Positions 7,148 to 15,025 of a stretch of DNA of 20,000 nucleotides are shown piece after piece. This DNA is from an uncultured virus (IMG/VR IMGVR_UViG_3300034061_005432) (taxonomy: Duplodnaviria > Heunggongvirae > Uroviricota > Caudoviricetes), in the IMG/VR virus record IMGVR_UViG_3300034061_005432, positions 51,583 to 71,582 of that record; one strand, written 5' to 3'. Numbering within the stretch: the first letter of the stretch is position 1; the number at the start of each line of letters is the position of its first letter. The notes under the pieces were generated by a model. That model ran no database searches. It saw nothing but the letters and a program-made list of their open reading frames with translations, and was not told the origin of the DNA. The translations under genes and the position numbers were made by a program.

Positions 7148-10100
7148 ATGGCTTCATCAACAAAAGTATTTGTGTCTCCTGGTGTGTATACATCTGAAAG
7201 AGATTTAACATTTGTTGCACAGAGTGTGGGTGTAACAACTCTTGGTTTGGTGGGTGAGACTTTACAAGGTCCAGCTTTCGAACCAATTTTTATAACAAAT
7301 TTTGATGAGTACCAAGTGTATTTTGGTGGTACTAGTCCTGAAAAATTTGTTAACACACAAATCCCTAAATATGAAACTTCATATATCGCTAAATCTTACT
7401 TACAACAATCAAATCAGTTGTTTGTGACAAGAGTTTTAGGTTTATCAGGATATGATGCTGGACCGTCTTGGTCTATTACCACTATAGGTAATATAGATCC
7501 TGCGACTTTATCGGCAACAACTAGTACAGGACCTCAAACAGTACAGTTTACAGGTACCACAGGATCAAGTGCTAATATTACTATCACATCAGTACCTGCT
7601 GGATTAAGTTCTGATTTTTACAGTACTTACACACAATATGACGGTGGAACTTCATCTTTAAATGCTGATTTCCAATCCTACATTTCCACCCAACTCGGAT
7701 ACTATGTAGCAGCATCACCACTTACGGGTACAACTTCACAATTCTGGGGTTCTGTAAGTCAATCAACCGCAAACTCAACAACAGGTGTTACATTAAACGG
7801 TTCGGGTACGGTCTCAGCATCTACCGAAACTTTCGGAGTTCCAAGTATATTGTTTACTTCTACAAATGTTTCGGCATCCACAAACGATGCTTGGTACTAT
7901 GCATTATTTGATTATACTCCAGCATCACCGACAGGTACTTATGCGGGTTATGGTTTTGGCGCATCAATGGCCACTATCACTACAGGTGCAACGGCAGGAA
8001 CATATTCAGGTACTGTTTCTGTATTCTATAGTAACTATGTTGCAACCGCAAACACAACATGGGATAATGTTGTAGTTACAACATTAAGATCACGAGGTAT
8101 TACCAATTATTCTTCATCACAAAACGGACCACTTTATCAAGTAACGGGCACAACAGATGTGAGTATGGTTTGTACAGGTGCATACTCAGGTGTGTCGACA
8201 GACCCATATGCAACATTCTTAATTACCGGTACAACAAAAGATTCTGACACTTTCAGTTTTGAAACGTCGATGCTTACTTCGGATTCGGAATATATTTCTA
8301 AAGTATTCGGTAGAAGTAATTTTGCAAAAGACAGAACAGAAGTTCCATTATTTGTTGAGGAGGTTTATAGTAGTCTTCTTTTAAATGGTTATAGACAAGG
8401 TTATGTCAGAGGTTTAAATTGTAATTTAGTTGAATTAAATAGTGCTAAATCATTAGCTACAAACTCAATCGGGTTTTACATGGAGCAGTATCAGACTCCT
8501 GAGACACCATATGTTGTTTCTGAATTGAGGGGTAATAAAGTATACAAACTTTTTAAATTCAAATTAATTTCTGATGGTAATGCGGCAAACAGATTAGTTA
8601 AAATATCAATTGCAAATATGTCATTTAACAACAGAACATTTGATGTGTTTGTTAGAGATTTCTACGATAATGATCAAAATGTGAGAGTAATTGAAAGTTT
8701 TACAAACTGTTCATTAGACCCAACTCAAAACAACTTTGTTGCTAATAAAATTGGTACATCAAACGGAGAATATAACTTGAATTCAAAATATATAATGTTA
8801 GAAATGAGTGATGAGGCACCTGAAGACGCATTACCATGTGGTTTTGAGGGTTACACCATGAGATTATATGATGATGCAACACCTCCATTCATTGTTTACA
8901 AAACTAAATATTTGAAACCTGGTGACTTAATTTATAACCCACCTTTCGGATCTACTTCAGGGGGAGACAATTCAGTAATTTCAAATGGTGAAAACCCAAG
9001 AAAGGCATACTTAGGTATTTCTAACATCACCGGAGTTGACTACGACTTCTTCGATTACAAAGGTAAACAACAACCTGCGAACATAGCAACAGATACTACA
9101 GGTCCTGAATGGAACTACCAAGTTAAAGGTTTCCACATGGATAGTGGGGCCACTGTGGTAACAATCGCAGCAGGATTTAACACTTCTGGTGAAACGGCAT
9201 TCGAAGTAGGTGTCGGGTCATTTAATTCTGAACCAACCGATGTAGACAACCCATACTATCGTTTGAATACTCGTAAGTTTACATTGTATCCTGCGGGTGG
9301 TTTTGACGGATGGGACATCTATAGAGAATACAGAACAAACGCCGATACATACGCACTTGGTCAAACAGGTTATAAATTTGGTGCAGCTCCATCCACAACT
9401 TATCCAACAGCAACTGGATGGGGAGCTTTCAAACAAATTTCAGGACCTAACCAAGAGGTTTGGGCAAACACTGACTACTACGCTTACAAATGGGGTCAAA
9501 CAACCTTCAATAATCCTGAAGCGGTAAACATCAATATATTTACAACACCGGGTATCGATTATGTGAACAACTCTAACTTGGTTGAAGACGCAATTGATTT
9601 AATTGAATCAGATAGAGCAGACTCAATTTACATTTGTACTACTCCTGATTTTAACATGTTCTTACCAACATGGAATGATGTGTCAGAAGGTTTAATATAC
9701 CCACAAGAAGCTGTGGACAACTTAGAGGAGACAGGAATTGACTCTAACTACACGGCTACTTACTACCCATGGGTATTAACAAGAGATACTGTGAACAATA
9801 CACAAATCTATTTACCACCAACGGCTGAAGTTGTAAGAAACTTAGCTTTGACTGATAATATTGCTTTCCCTTGGTTCGCATCTGCAGGATATACAAGAGG
9901 TTTGGTAAATTCAATCAAAGCAAGAAGAAAACTTACACAAGAAGATAGAGACACACTTTACAAAGGTAGAATTAACCCAATTGCAACTTTCTCAGATGTG
10001 GGTACAGTAATTTGGGGTAATAAAACTTTACAAATTAAAGAGTCTGCGCTTGACAGAATTAATGTTAGAAGACTATTACTTCAAGCTCGTAAATTGATTT

Positions 10101-10363
10101 CGGCAGTGGCAATCAGATTGTTGTTCGAACAAAATGATGATAAAGTTAGACAAGATTTCTTGGATTCAGTAAACCCAATTTTGGATCAAATTAGAAGAGA
10201 CCGAGGTTTGATTGACTTTAGAGTTACAGTTTCTAACACACCTGAAGATTTGGATTCCAATACTTTAACGGGTAAAATATTCTTGAAACCTACAAGAGCA
10301 TTAGAATACATCGACATCGAGTTTGTTATTACACCAACAGGAGCATCTTTTGATGATGTATAA
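7148..10363 (+). CDS. Contractile tail sheath protein (T4 gp18-like), 1071 aa
   Basis: N-terminal FVSPGVYTSERDL and GPAFEP..IT. C-terminal YTATYYPWV, PWFASAGYTRG, RDTLYKGRINPI, IWGNKTL, LDRINVRRLL and KPTRALEYIDIEF. Confidence 0.95.
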   Translation: MASSTKVFVSPGVYTSERDLTFVAQSVGVTTLGLVGETLQGPAFEPIFITNFDEYQVYFGGTSPEKFVNTQIPKYETSYIAKSYLQQSNQLFVTRVLGLSGYDAGPSWSITTIGNIDPATLSATTSTGPQTVQFTGTTGSSANITITSVPAGLSSDFYSTYTQYDGGTSSLNADFQSYISTQLGYYVAASPLTGTTSQFWGSVSQSTANSTTGVTLNGSGTVSASTETFGVPSILFTSTNVSASTNDAWYYALFDYTPASPTGTYAGYGFGASMATITTGATAGTYSGTVSVFYSNYVATANTTWDNVVVTTLRSRGITNYSSSQNGPLYQVTGTTDVSMVCTGAYSGVSTDPYATFLITGTTKDSDTFSFETSMLTSDSEYISKVFGRSNFAKDRTEVPLFVEEVYSSLLLNGYRQGYVRGLNCNLVELNSAKSLATNSIGFYMEQYQTPETPYVVSELRGNKVYKLFKFKLISDGNAANRLVKISIANMSFNNRTFDVFVRDFYDNDQNVRVIESFTNCSLDPTQNNFVANKIGTSNGEYNLNSKYIMLEMSDEAPEDALPCGFEGYTMRLYDDATPPFIVYKTKYLKPGDLIYNPPFGSTSGGDNSVISNGENPRKAYLGISNITGVDYDFFDYKGKQQPANIATDTTGPEWNYQVKGFHMDSGATVVTIAAGFNTSGETAFEVGVGSFNSEPTDVDNPYYRLNTRKFTLYPAGGFDGWDIYREYRTNADTYALGQTGYKFGAAPSTTYPTATGWGAFKQISGPNQEVWANTDYYAYKWGQTTFNNPEAVNINIFTTPGIDYVNNSNLVEDAIDLIESDRADSIYICTTPDFNMFLPTWNDVSEGLIYPQEAVDNLEETGIDSNYTATYYPWVLTRDTVNNTQIYLPPTAEVVRNLALTDNIAFPWFASAGYTRGLVNSIKARRKLTQEDRDTLYKGRINPIATFSDVGTVIWGNKTLQIKESALDRINVRRLLLQARKLISAVAIRLLFEQNDDKVRQDFLDSVNPILDQIRRDRGLIDFRVTVSNTPEDLDSNTLTGKIFLKPTRALEYIDIEFVITPTGASFDDV

Positions 10364-10377
10364 TAGAAAATAAAAAT

Positions 10378-10403
10378 GGGGGATAGAAATATCCCCCTTA
10401 TTA
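10378..10403 (+). terminator. Probable intrinsic terminator after the sheath gene
   Basis: Stem GGGGGATA, GAAA loop, stem TATCCCCC, followed by TTATTA; an A-rich run lies upstream. Confidence 0.7.
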
Positions 10404-10411
10404 TATTTATA
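10404..10411 (+). promoter_or_regulatory. TATTTATA putative late-promoter motif
   Basis: Just after the terminator hairpin, 10 nt upstream of ATG 10422. Confidence 0.55.
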
Positions 10412-10421
10412 TTAAAAGACT

Positions 10422-10559
10422 ATGAAAATAGAGAAAAAAATTATCAAAGAAAGTATAGGGGACAAGAAAATGAGTCCTGAAACTTTTTCTACACAAAAAC
10501 AAAACATTATTTTAACTGAATCTCAGTTGGACACATTATTGAAGAAAATTAGAAAATAA
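10422..10559 (+). CDS. Small hypothetical protein (45 aa; not in ORF track)
   Basis: MKIEKKIIKESIGDKKMSPETFSTQKQNIILTESQLDTLLKKIRK*. Preceded by TATTTATA at 10404-10411; its stop overlaps the next start (TAATG). Confidence 0.65.
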   Translation: MKIEKKIIKESIGDKKMSPETFSTQKQNIILTESQLDTLLKKIRK

Positions 10560-11443
10560 TGAATGTAAAAAAACATGTTTACAACTATTTGAACAGAATA
10601 GTGTCGGAGGGTATTGATGAAACAGGCACACCTGACACTAAATATTATGCATTCGATTGGGATGATAATATTGTTTATATGCCAACGCAAATTATAGTAT
10701 TGACCGAAAATGATGATGAAATCGGTATGTCTACCGAAGATTTTGCAGAACACAGACACAAAATTGGAGTTGAACCCTTTTATTATAAGGGAACTACTGT
10801 TGTTGGGTTTGCAAAGGACTCATTTAAATTTTTCAAAGAAATGGGTGACAAAAGGTTTGTTATTGACTCAATGCTTGCTAAACCAGGACCATCATGGAAT
10901 GACTTTGTTGAATGTATAAACGGTGGATCAATATTTGCGATTATCACGGCCAGAGGGCATAACCCTTCGGCTTTAAGAGAAGGTGTGTATAACTTTATTG
11001 TTAGTAACCACAACGGTATCAATAGTAAGTTACTAGTTGAAAACTTAAAAAAGTACCGAAATTTTTTCTCAGAAGATGAAATGGTGACCGAACAAATAGA
11101 TGTCAATTTTTCTGACAAAGAGTTAATTGACGAATATTTGGACCTTTGTGTTTATGAACCCGTAACTTTTGGACAAGGAAGTGCTGCCAATCCTGAGAAA
11201 TTAAAAATTATAGCAATGAGAAAGTTCATAAGTTACTGTCAAGGATTAGCTGATGAGATCGGGAAAAAAGCTTATTTCAAAAACGGTGTCGCTAATAATG
11301 AGATTATATTACAGATCGGTTTTTCAGATGACGATGAAGGTAATGTAAAATCAATAGATAATTTAGTGTCTCAAGAATATCCAGATGTTCCTATATCCGT
11401 ATATCTAACAAAAGGAGATGAAAAAGTTAAATATAATAAGTAA
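10559..11443 (+). CDS. HAD-superfamily phosphatase-like protein
   Basis: Motif I YYAFDWDDNI, motif II FAIITARGH, a Lys in PEKLK, and motif IV IGFSDDD. Confidence 0.7.
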   Translation: MNVKKHVYNYLNRIVSEGIDETGTPDTKYYAFDWDDNIVYMPTQIIVLTENDDEIGMSTEDFAEHRHKIGVEPFYYKGTTVVGFAKDSFKFFKEMGDKRFVIDSMLAKPGPSWNDFVECINGGSIFAIITARGHNPSALREGVYNFIVSNHNGINSKLLVENLKKYRNFFSEDEMVTEQIDVNFSDKELIDEYLDLCVYEPVTFGQGSAANPEKLKIIAMRKFISYCQGLADEIGKKAYFKNGVANNEIILQIGFSDDDEGNVKSIDNLVSQEYPDVPISVYLTKGDEKVKYNK

Positions 11444-11514
11444 TTAAGTAACTTTCTAGTTAAAGAATATTTTAAAAATACTTGGAAGTAAATAGAAAAA
11501 TTTGAAACAAGGTA

Positions 11515-11522
11515 TATTTATA
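11515..11522 (+). promoter_or_regulatory. TATTTATA putative late-promoter motif
   Basis: 33 nt upstream of the tube ATG. Confidence 0.6.
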
Positions 11523-11555
11523 ATAAAAATAAAAGAAAAAACAAAAATTTAAACA

Positions 11556-12044
11556 ATGGCTGATTTGTTAATGAAAATGCCCTTTCAGTATGAACCTAAA
11601 AGAGCTAACCGATTTATATTGACTTTCCCAACATCTTTGGGAATCAATTCTTGGTATGTAGAAAGCACATCAAGACCAAGCATAAAAATAGAATCAAAAG
11701 ATATCGCCTTTTTAAATACTAAAACATATGTGGCTGGTAACTTCGAGTGGGAACCTATTAGTGTTAAGTTTAGAGACCCTATTGGACCATCAGCTGCACA
11801 AGCACTAATGGAGTGGGTTCGTTTACACGCTGAGTCCGTAACAGGTCGTATGGGTTACGCTGCGGGGTATAAAAAAGACATCGATTTAGAAATGTTAGAC
11901 CCAACAGGAGTTGCGGTTGAAAAGTGGATATTACAAGGTTGTTTCCTAACCGATGTTAAATTTGGTGACTTAGGTTATGATAAGACTGACATCATGACTA
12001 TTGATGCGACATTAAGACCTGATCGTTGTATATTAGTTTACTAA
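11556..12044 (+). CDS. Tail tube protein (T4 gp19-like)
   Basis: 162 aa with EPKRANRF, WEPISVKFRDPI, LMEWVR, YKKDIDLEMLDPTG..VEKWILQGCF and FGDLGY. Confidence 0.9.
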   Translation: MADLLMKMPFQYEPKRANRFILTFPTSLGINSWYVESTSRPSIKIESKDIAFLNTKTYVAGNFEWEPISVKFRDPIGPSAAQALMEWVRLHAESVTGRMGYAAGYKKDIDLEMLDPTGVAVEKWILQGCFLTDVKFGDLGYDKTDIMTIDATLRPDRCILVY

Positions 12045-12067
12045 AATAAAAAATATTATTATGTTCG

Positions 12068-12097
12068 AAACCCACTCACAAGGTGGGTTTTTTGTTT
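12068..12097 (+). terminator. Intrinsic terminator after the tube gene
   Basis: Stem AAACCCAC / GTGGGTTT with a 7-nt loop, followed by TTTGTTT. Confidence 0.8.
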
Positions 12098-12122
12098 ACA
12101 TATAATAGATGTAAAGTATATT
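12095..12122 (+). promoter_or_regulatory. Possible sigma70-like promoter for the chaperone gene
   Basis: TTTACA, 16 nt, TATATT, located just after the terminator. Weak evidence in AT-rich DNA. Confidence 0.3.
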
Positions 12123-12136
12123 TAAAATAAAAAACT

Positions 12137-12895
12137 ATGAATACAGTCGAATCATATGGACAAATGGACTTCAACTTACCACACGATGTGGTGAAGTTAC
12201 CAACTAAAGGAATATTTTATAAACCTAAAAGGGAAGCATTGAAAGTCGGGTATTTAACGGCTAGTGATGAAAACATGTTGTTGTCACCCAATTTATCGAG
12301 TGATGGGGTAATCCCCCTTTTGATGAAAACTAAAATTTATGAACCTGGATTTGACATTAATCAGCTACTAAATGTAGATGTGCAGGCAATCCTAATTTTT
12401 TTAAGAAATACTTCATTTGGGTCTGAGTATAAATTAAAAGTAACTGATCCAGCTACAAACAAACCATTTGATATTTCTTTATTATTAGAAGAAATAAATA
12501 TTATTGATCCCATTCACAAACCTGATAATGATGGACTTTTTAGTTTCACATTACCAAAAACAAATCAAAATGTAAAAGTTAAATTGTTAACTTTAGGTGA
12601 TGAGAAAGAATTAGACAAATTATCAGAATCATACCCACAAGGAATGGTTGCTCCTGTGGTAACTAGAAGGTTAGAAAAAAGTATTGTTGAGTTGAATGGT
12701 GATACGGACAGAAATAAAATATCATCTTTTATAACACAAATGCCAATTGGCGATTCTAAATTCCTTAGAAAGTTCCTCACAGAGTGCGAACCTAAATTAG
12801 ATCTTAAAAGAAGTGTAATGGCCCCATCAGGAGAAAAGGTAACAGTTAATCTGTCCTTCGGGCTTGAGTTTTTTCGCCCTTTCTTCGAATCATAA
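12137..12895 (+). CDS. Baseplate hub / tail assembly chaperone, T4 gp26-like
   Basis: LPTKGIFY, YLTASDENML, DVQAILIFLRNTSFGSEY and terminal EFFRP; lies between tube and tape measure. Confidence 0.75.
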   Translation: MNTVESYGQMDFNLPHDVVKLPTKGIFYKPKREALKVGYLTASDENMLLSPNLSSDGVIPLLMKTKIYEPGFDINQLLNVDVQAILIFLRNTSFGSEYKLKVTDPATNKPFDISLLLEEINIIDPIHKPDNDGLFSFTLPKTNQNVKVKLLTLGDEKELDKLSESYPQGMVAPVVTRRLEKSIVELNGDTDRNKISSFITQMPIGDSKFLRKFLTECEPKLDLKRSVMAPSGEKVTVNLSFGLEFFRPFFES

Positions 12896-12905
12896 ATTAA
12901 ATTTA

Positions 12906-13028
12906 ATGGATGAGATTTTCTATCTCGCAAAGTATGTCAACTTCACTTATAGTGATATAATGAGCATGCCAACATTCGAGAGAAGATATTTTGTTGACAA
13001 GTTGATCGAGTCGTTCAATAAAAATTAA
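12906..13028 (+). CDS. Tail chaperone extension / gp51-like peptide (40 aa from ATG), possibly reached by frameshift; not in ORF track
   Basis: MDEIFYLAKYVNFTYSDIMSMPTFERRYFVDKLIESFNKN*. The I..MP..ER pattern is typical of chaperone C-terminal extensions. The frame is +1 relative to the upstream gene and open from 12843. Confidence 0.75.
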   Translation: MDEIFYLAKYVNFTYSDIMSMPTFERRYFVDKLIESFNKN

Positions 13029-13035
13029 CTTTTAA

Positions 13036-13043
13036 TATTTATT
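13036..13043 (+). promoter_or_regulatory. TATTTATT putative late-promoter motif
   Basis: 14 nt upstream of the tape measure ATG. Confidence 0.55.
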
Positions 13044-13057
13044 ATAAAAAGTAAAAT

Positions 13058-14989
13058 ATGTTATTATTTTTTGACGATACTACAACACTTAGTGAATTTG
13101 ATCAGTTAGGTACTTCCTATGGTGAAATAGTTAGTAACCTTACAAGTGCGTTCAAAAAGGGAATTACACAAGGTTTTGAGAATGGTATATCAACCTTGAC
13201 TGCTATGAACGATAGTGCTTTGAAACTACAAAAGACTATTGGTAGTGGTGTTGTAATGAGTACCGATCAGTTTAGAAATCGATTGATTGATTCATATTTA
13301 GATGTTGTAAAAATGGGCGGTAGTGTTACCGATGTAACAGATGCGATGTCCGAATTGGCTACAGAATCAGGAAAAATAGTACAACCAAGTTTTGAAGTGG
13401 CAAAACAAATGGTTGCCCTTTCTAAAACAACAGGATTGGCAACCAAGGAGTTAGGTAAGATGGAAGGTGCTTTTCTGAGGTTGACAAAGTCACAAACTAA
13501 AAGTGCTGAAAAAATGGCCGAGATTGCAAAAATTGCAAGACAATCAGGATTGGATGCCTCACAACTTTTGCAAAATGTAAACAAGAACTTACAGTTAGTA
13601 GACTCATACGCATTTAAAGGTGGAGTTGATGGTCTAACACAAATGACAGCAAAGGCTCAGTCTTTGAATGTTGAATTGGGGGATATAGTTAGTGAACAAA
13701 CTATGGAAAATTTGTTGGACCCTGAAAAGGCTATCGAAATGGCACAAACACTTAGTATGATTGGCGGATTTGGTTCTGACTTAACAAATTTCACACAACT
13801 TTTAAATGCAGGAAGAAACGATGTAGGGAAACTACAAGATTCATTTATTAATCTTGCAGAATCAGCATTTAAGGTAAATGACGCAACAGGTGAAATAACG
13901 ATAGATGCTCTACAAAGAGATAGGTTAAAGGCATCTGTTGAAGCGATAAATGGGGACTACAAAAAGTTCATTCAAATTGGTAGAGAGGCTGCAAAACAAA
14001 CTGCAATATCGAACAAACTTATTACTGCTGGCTTTGATTCTAAAATTTCACCAGAATCAATGAACTTGGTTAAATCCCTTACTGAAATAGGAAAAGGAGG
14101 TAAATTAGAACTTAAAATACCTGGATTCGAAACTAATGATTTAGTCAAAACCCTTCAAAATAATCCTGCGGCTCTTGAACAGGCGTTAAAAGATTATAAA
14201 GATAAAGCTGACCTTTCAGATAGGCAACTTGCTGAACAAACATTAGGTGTTCAAGAATCAACGCAAAGGGATGCTAGAATAATTAGGGATGTTGTGTTAA
14301 AAAGTTTGTCTGAAACTGAGAGAAATAATGTATTGACTACAATAAAGGAAGGACAACAATCGTTATTTGAAGGAACACAAAATGTTGCGAACGGTCTTAA
14401 AGACATACCAAAAGGACTTTTAACAAATACTGCCGAATTAAGAACTATGATTTCAAATACTAAAGGCGAAATTGATAGACAAAAACCCTCAAGGTCAGAT
14501 ACTGAGGGTGCTAATTTACCTAAAGCGGTTGAAGCTATAGACCTCCTACAGGAGGATGCTTTTTTTGGGGAAGGAAAAAAAATGTTATCTTTAGGTAAGG
14601 GTGAAATGTTTGATTTTATTAAAGACGACCAAGCAATTTTTGCACCCGATTTAGATAAGAAAATAGGTCTTTTAACTGAAACATATATGAATGCAAGTTC
14701 ATTTTCAGATACACTTTCTAAAAATGTAAGTTTGAAAGGACCTGAAGAAAAAACACTTCCCCTACAACAAATTGTTACAAAACAAGAAACTTCACAAAAC
14801 ATTACACAAACGGTAGATAATAATTTCAATATAAGCGTTGATTTGAATGTTAAAGGGTTGACATCCGGACCTTTAGCCGAAATACTAACAAGAGACGCAG
14901 AATTCCAAAGAAGCCTTAAAAATAAGGTGATGGAAATATTCAGTCAAAAAAATCTATTGTCCAAGTCTAAAACAAGATTTGAATCATAA
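13058..14989 (+). CDS. Tape measure protein
   Basis: 643 aa, Ala/Leu/Gln/Lys-rich and apparently helical; directly follows tube and chaperone genes. Confidence 0.75.
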   Translation: MLLFFDDTTTLSEFDQLGTSYGEIVSNLTSAFKKGITQGFENGISTLTAMNDSALKLQKTIGSGVVMSTDQFRNRLIDSYLDVVKMGGSVTDVTDAMSELATESGKIVQPSFEVAKQMVALSKTTGLATKELGKMEGAFLRLTKSQTKSAEKMAEIAKIARQSGLDASQLLQNVNKNLQLVDSYAFKGGVDGLTQMTAKAQSLNVELGDIVSEQTMENLLDPEKAIEMAQTLSMIGGFGSDLTNFTQLLNAGRNDVGKLQDSFINLAESAFKVNDATGEITIDALQRDRLKASVEAINGDYKKFIQIGREAAKQTAISNKLITAGFDSKISPESMNLVKSLTEIGKGGKLELKIPGFETNDLVKTLQNNPAALEQALKDYKDKADLSDRQLAEQTLGVQESTQRDARIIRDVVLKSLSETERNNVLTTIKEGQQSLFEGTQNVANGLKDIPKGLLTNTAELRTMISNTKGEIDRQKPSRSDTEGANLPKAVEAIDLLQEDAFFGEGKKMLSLGKGEMFDFIKDDQAIFAPDLDKKIGLLTETYMNASSFSDTLSKNVSLKGPEEKTLPLQQIVTKQETSQNITQTVDNNFNISVDLNVKGLTSGPLAEILTRDAEFQRSLKNKVMEIFSQKNLLSKSKTRFES

Positions 14990-15004
14990 AATTAGTATTC
15001 AATC

Positions 15005-15012
15005 TATTTATT
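15005..15012 (+). promoter_or_regulatory. TATTTATT putative late-promoter motif
   Basis: 13 nt upstream of ATG 15026. Confidence 0.55.
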
Positions 15013-15025
15013 TAAAAAACAATAG

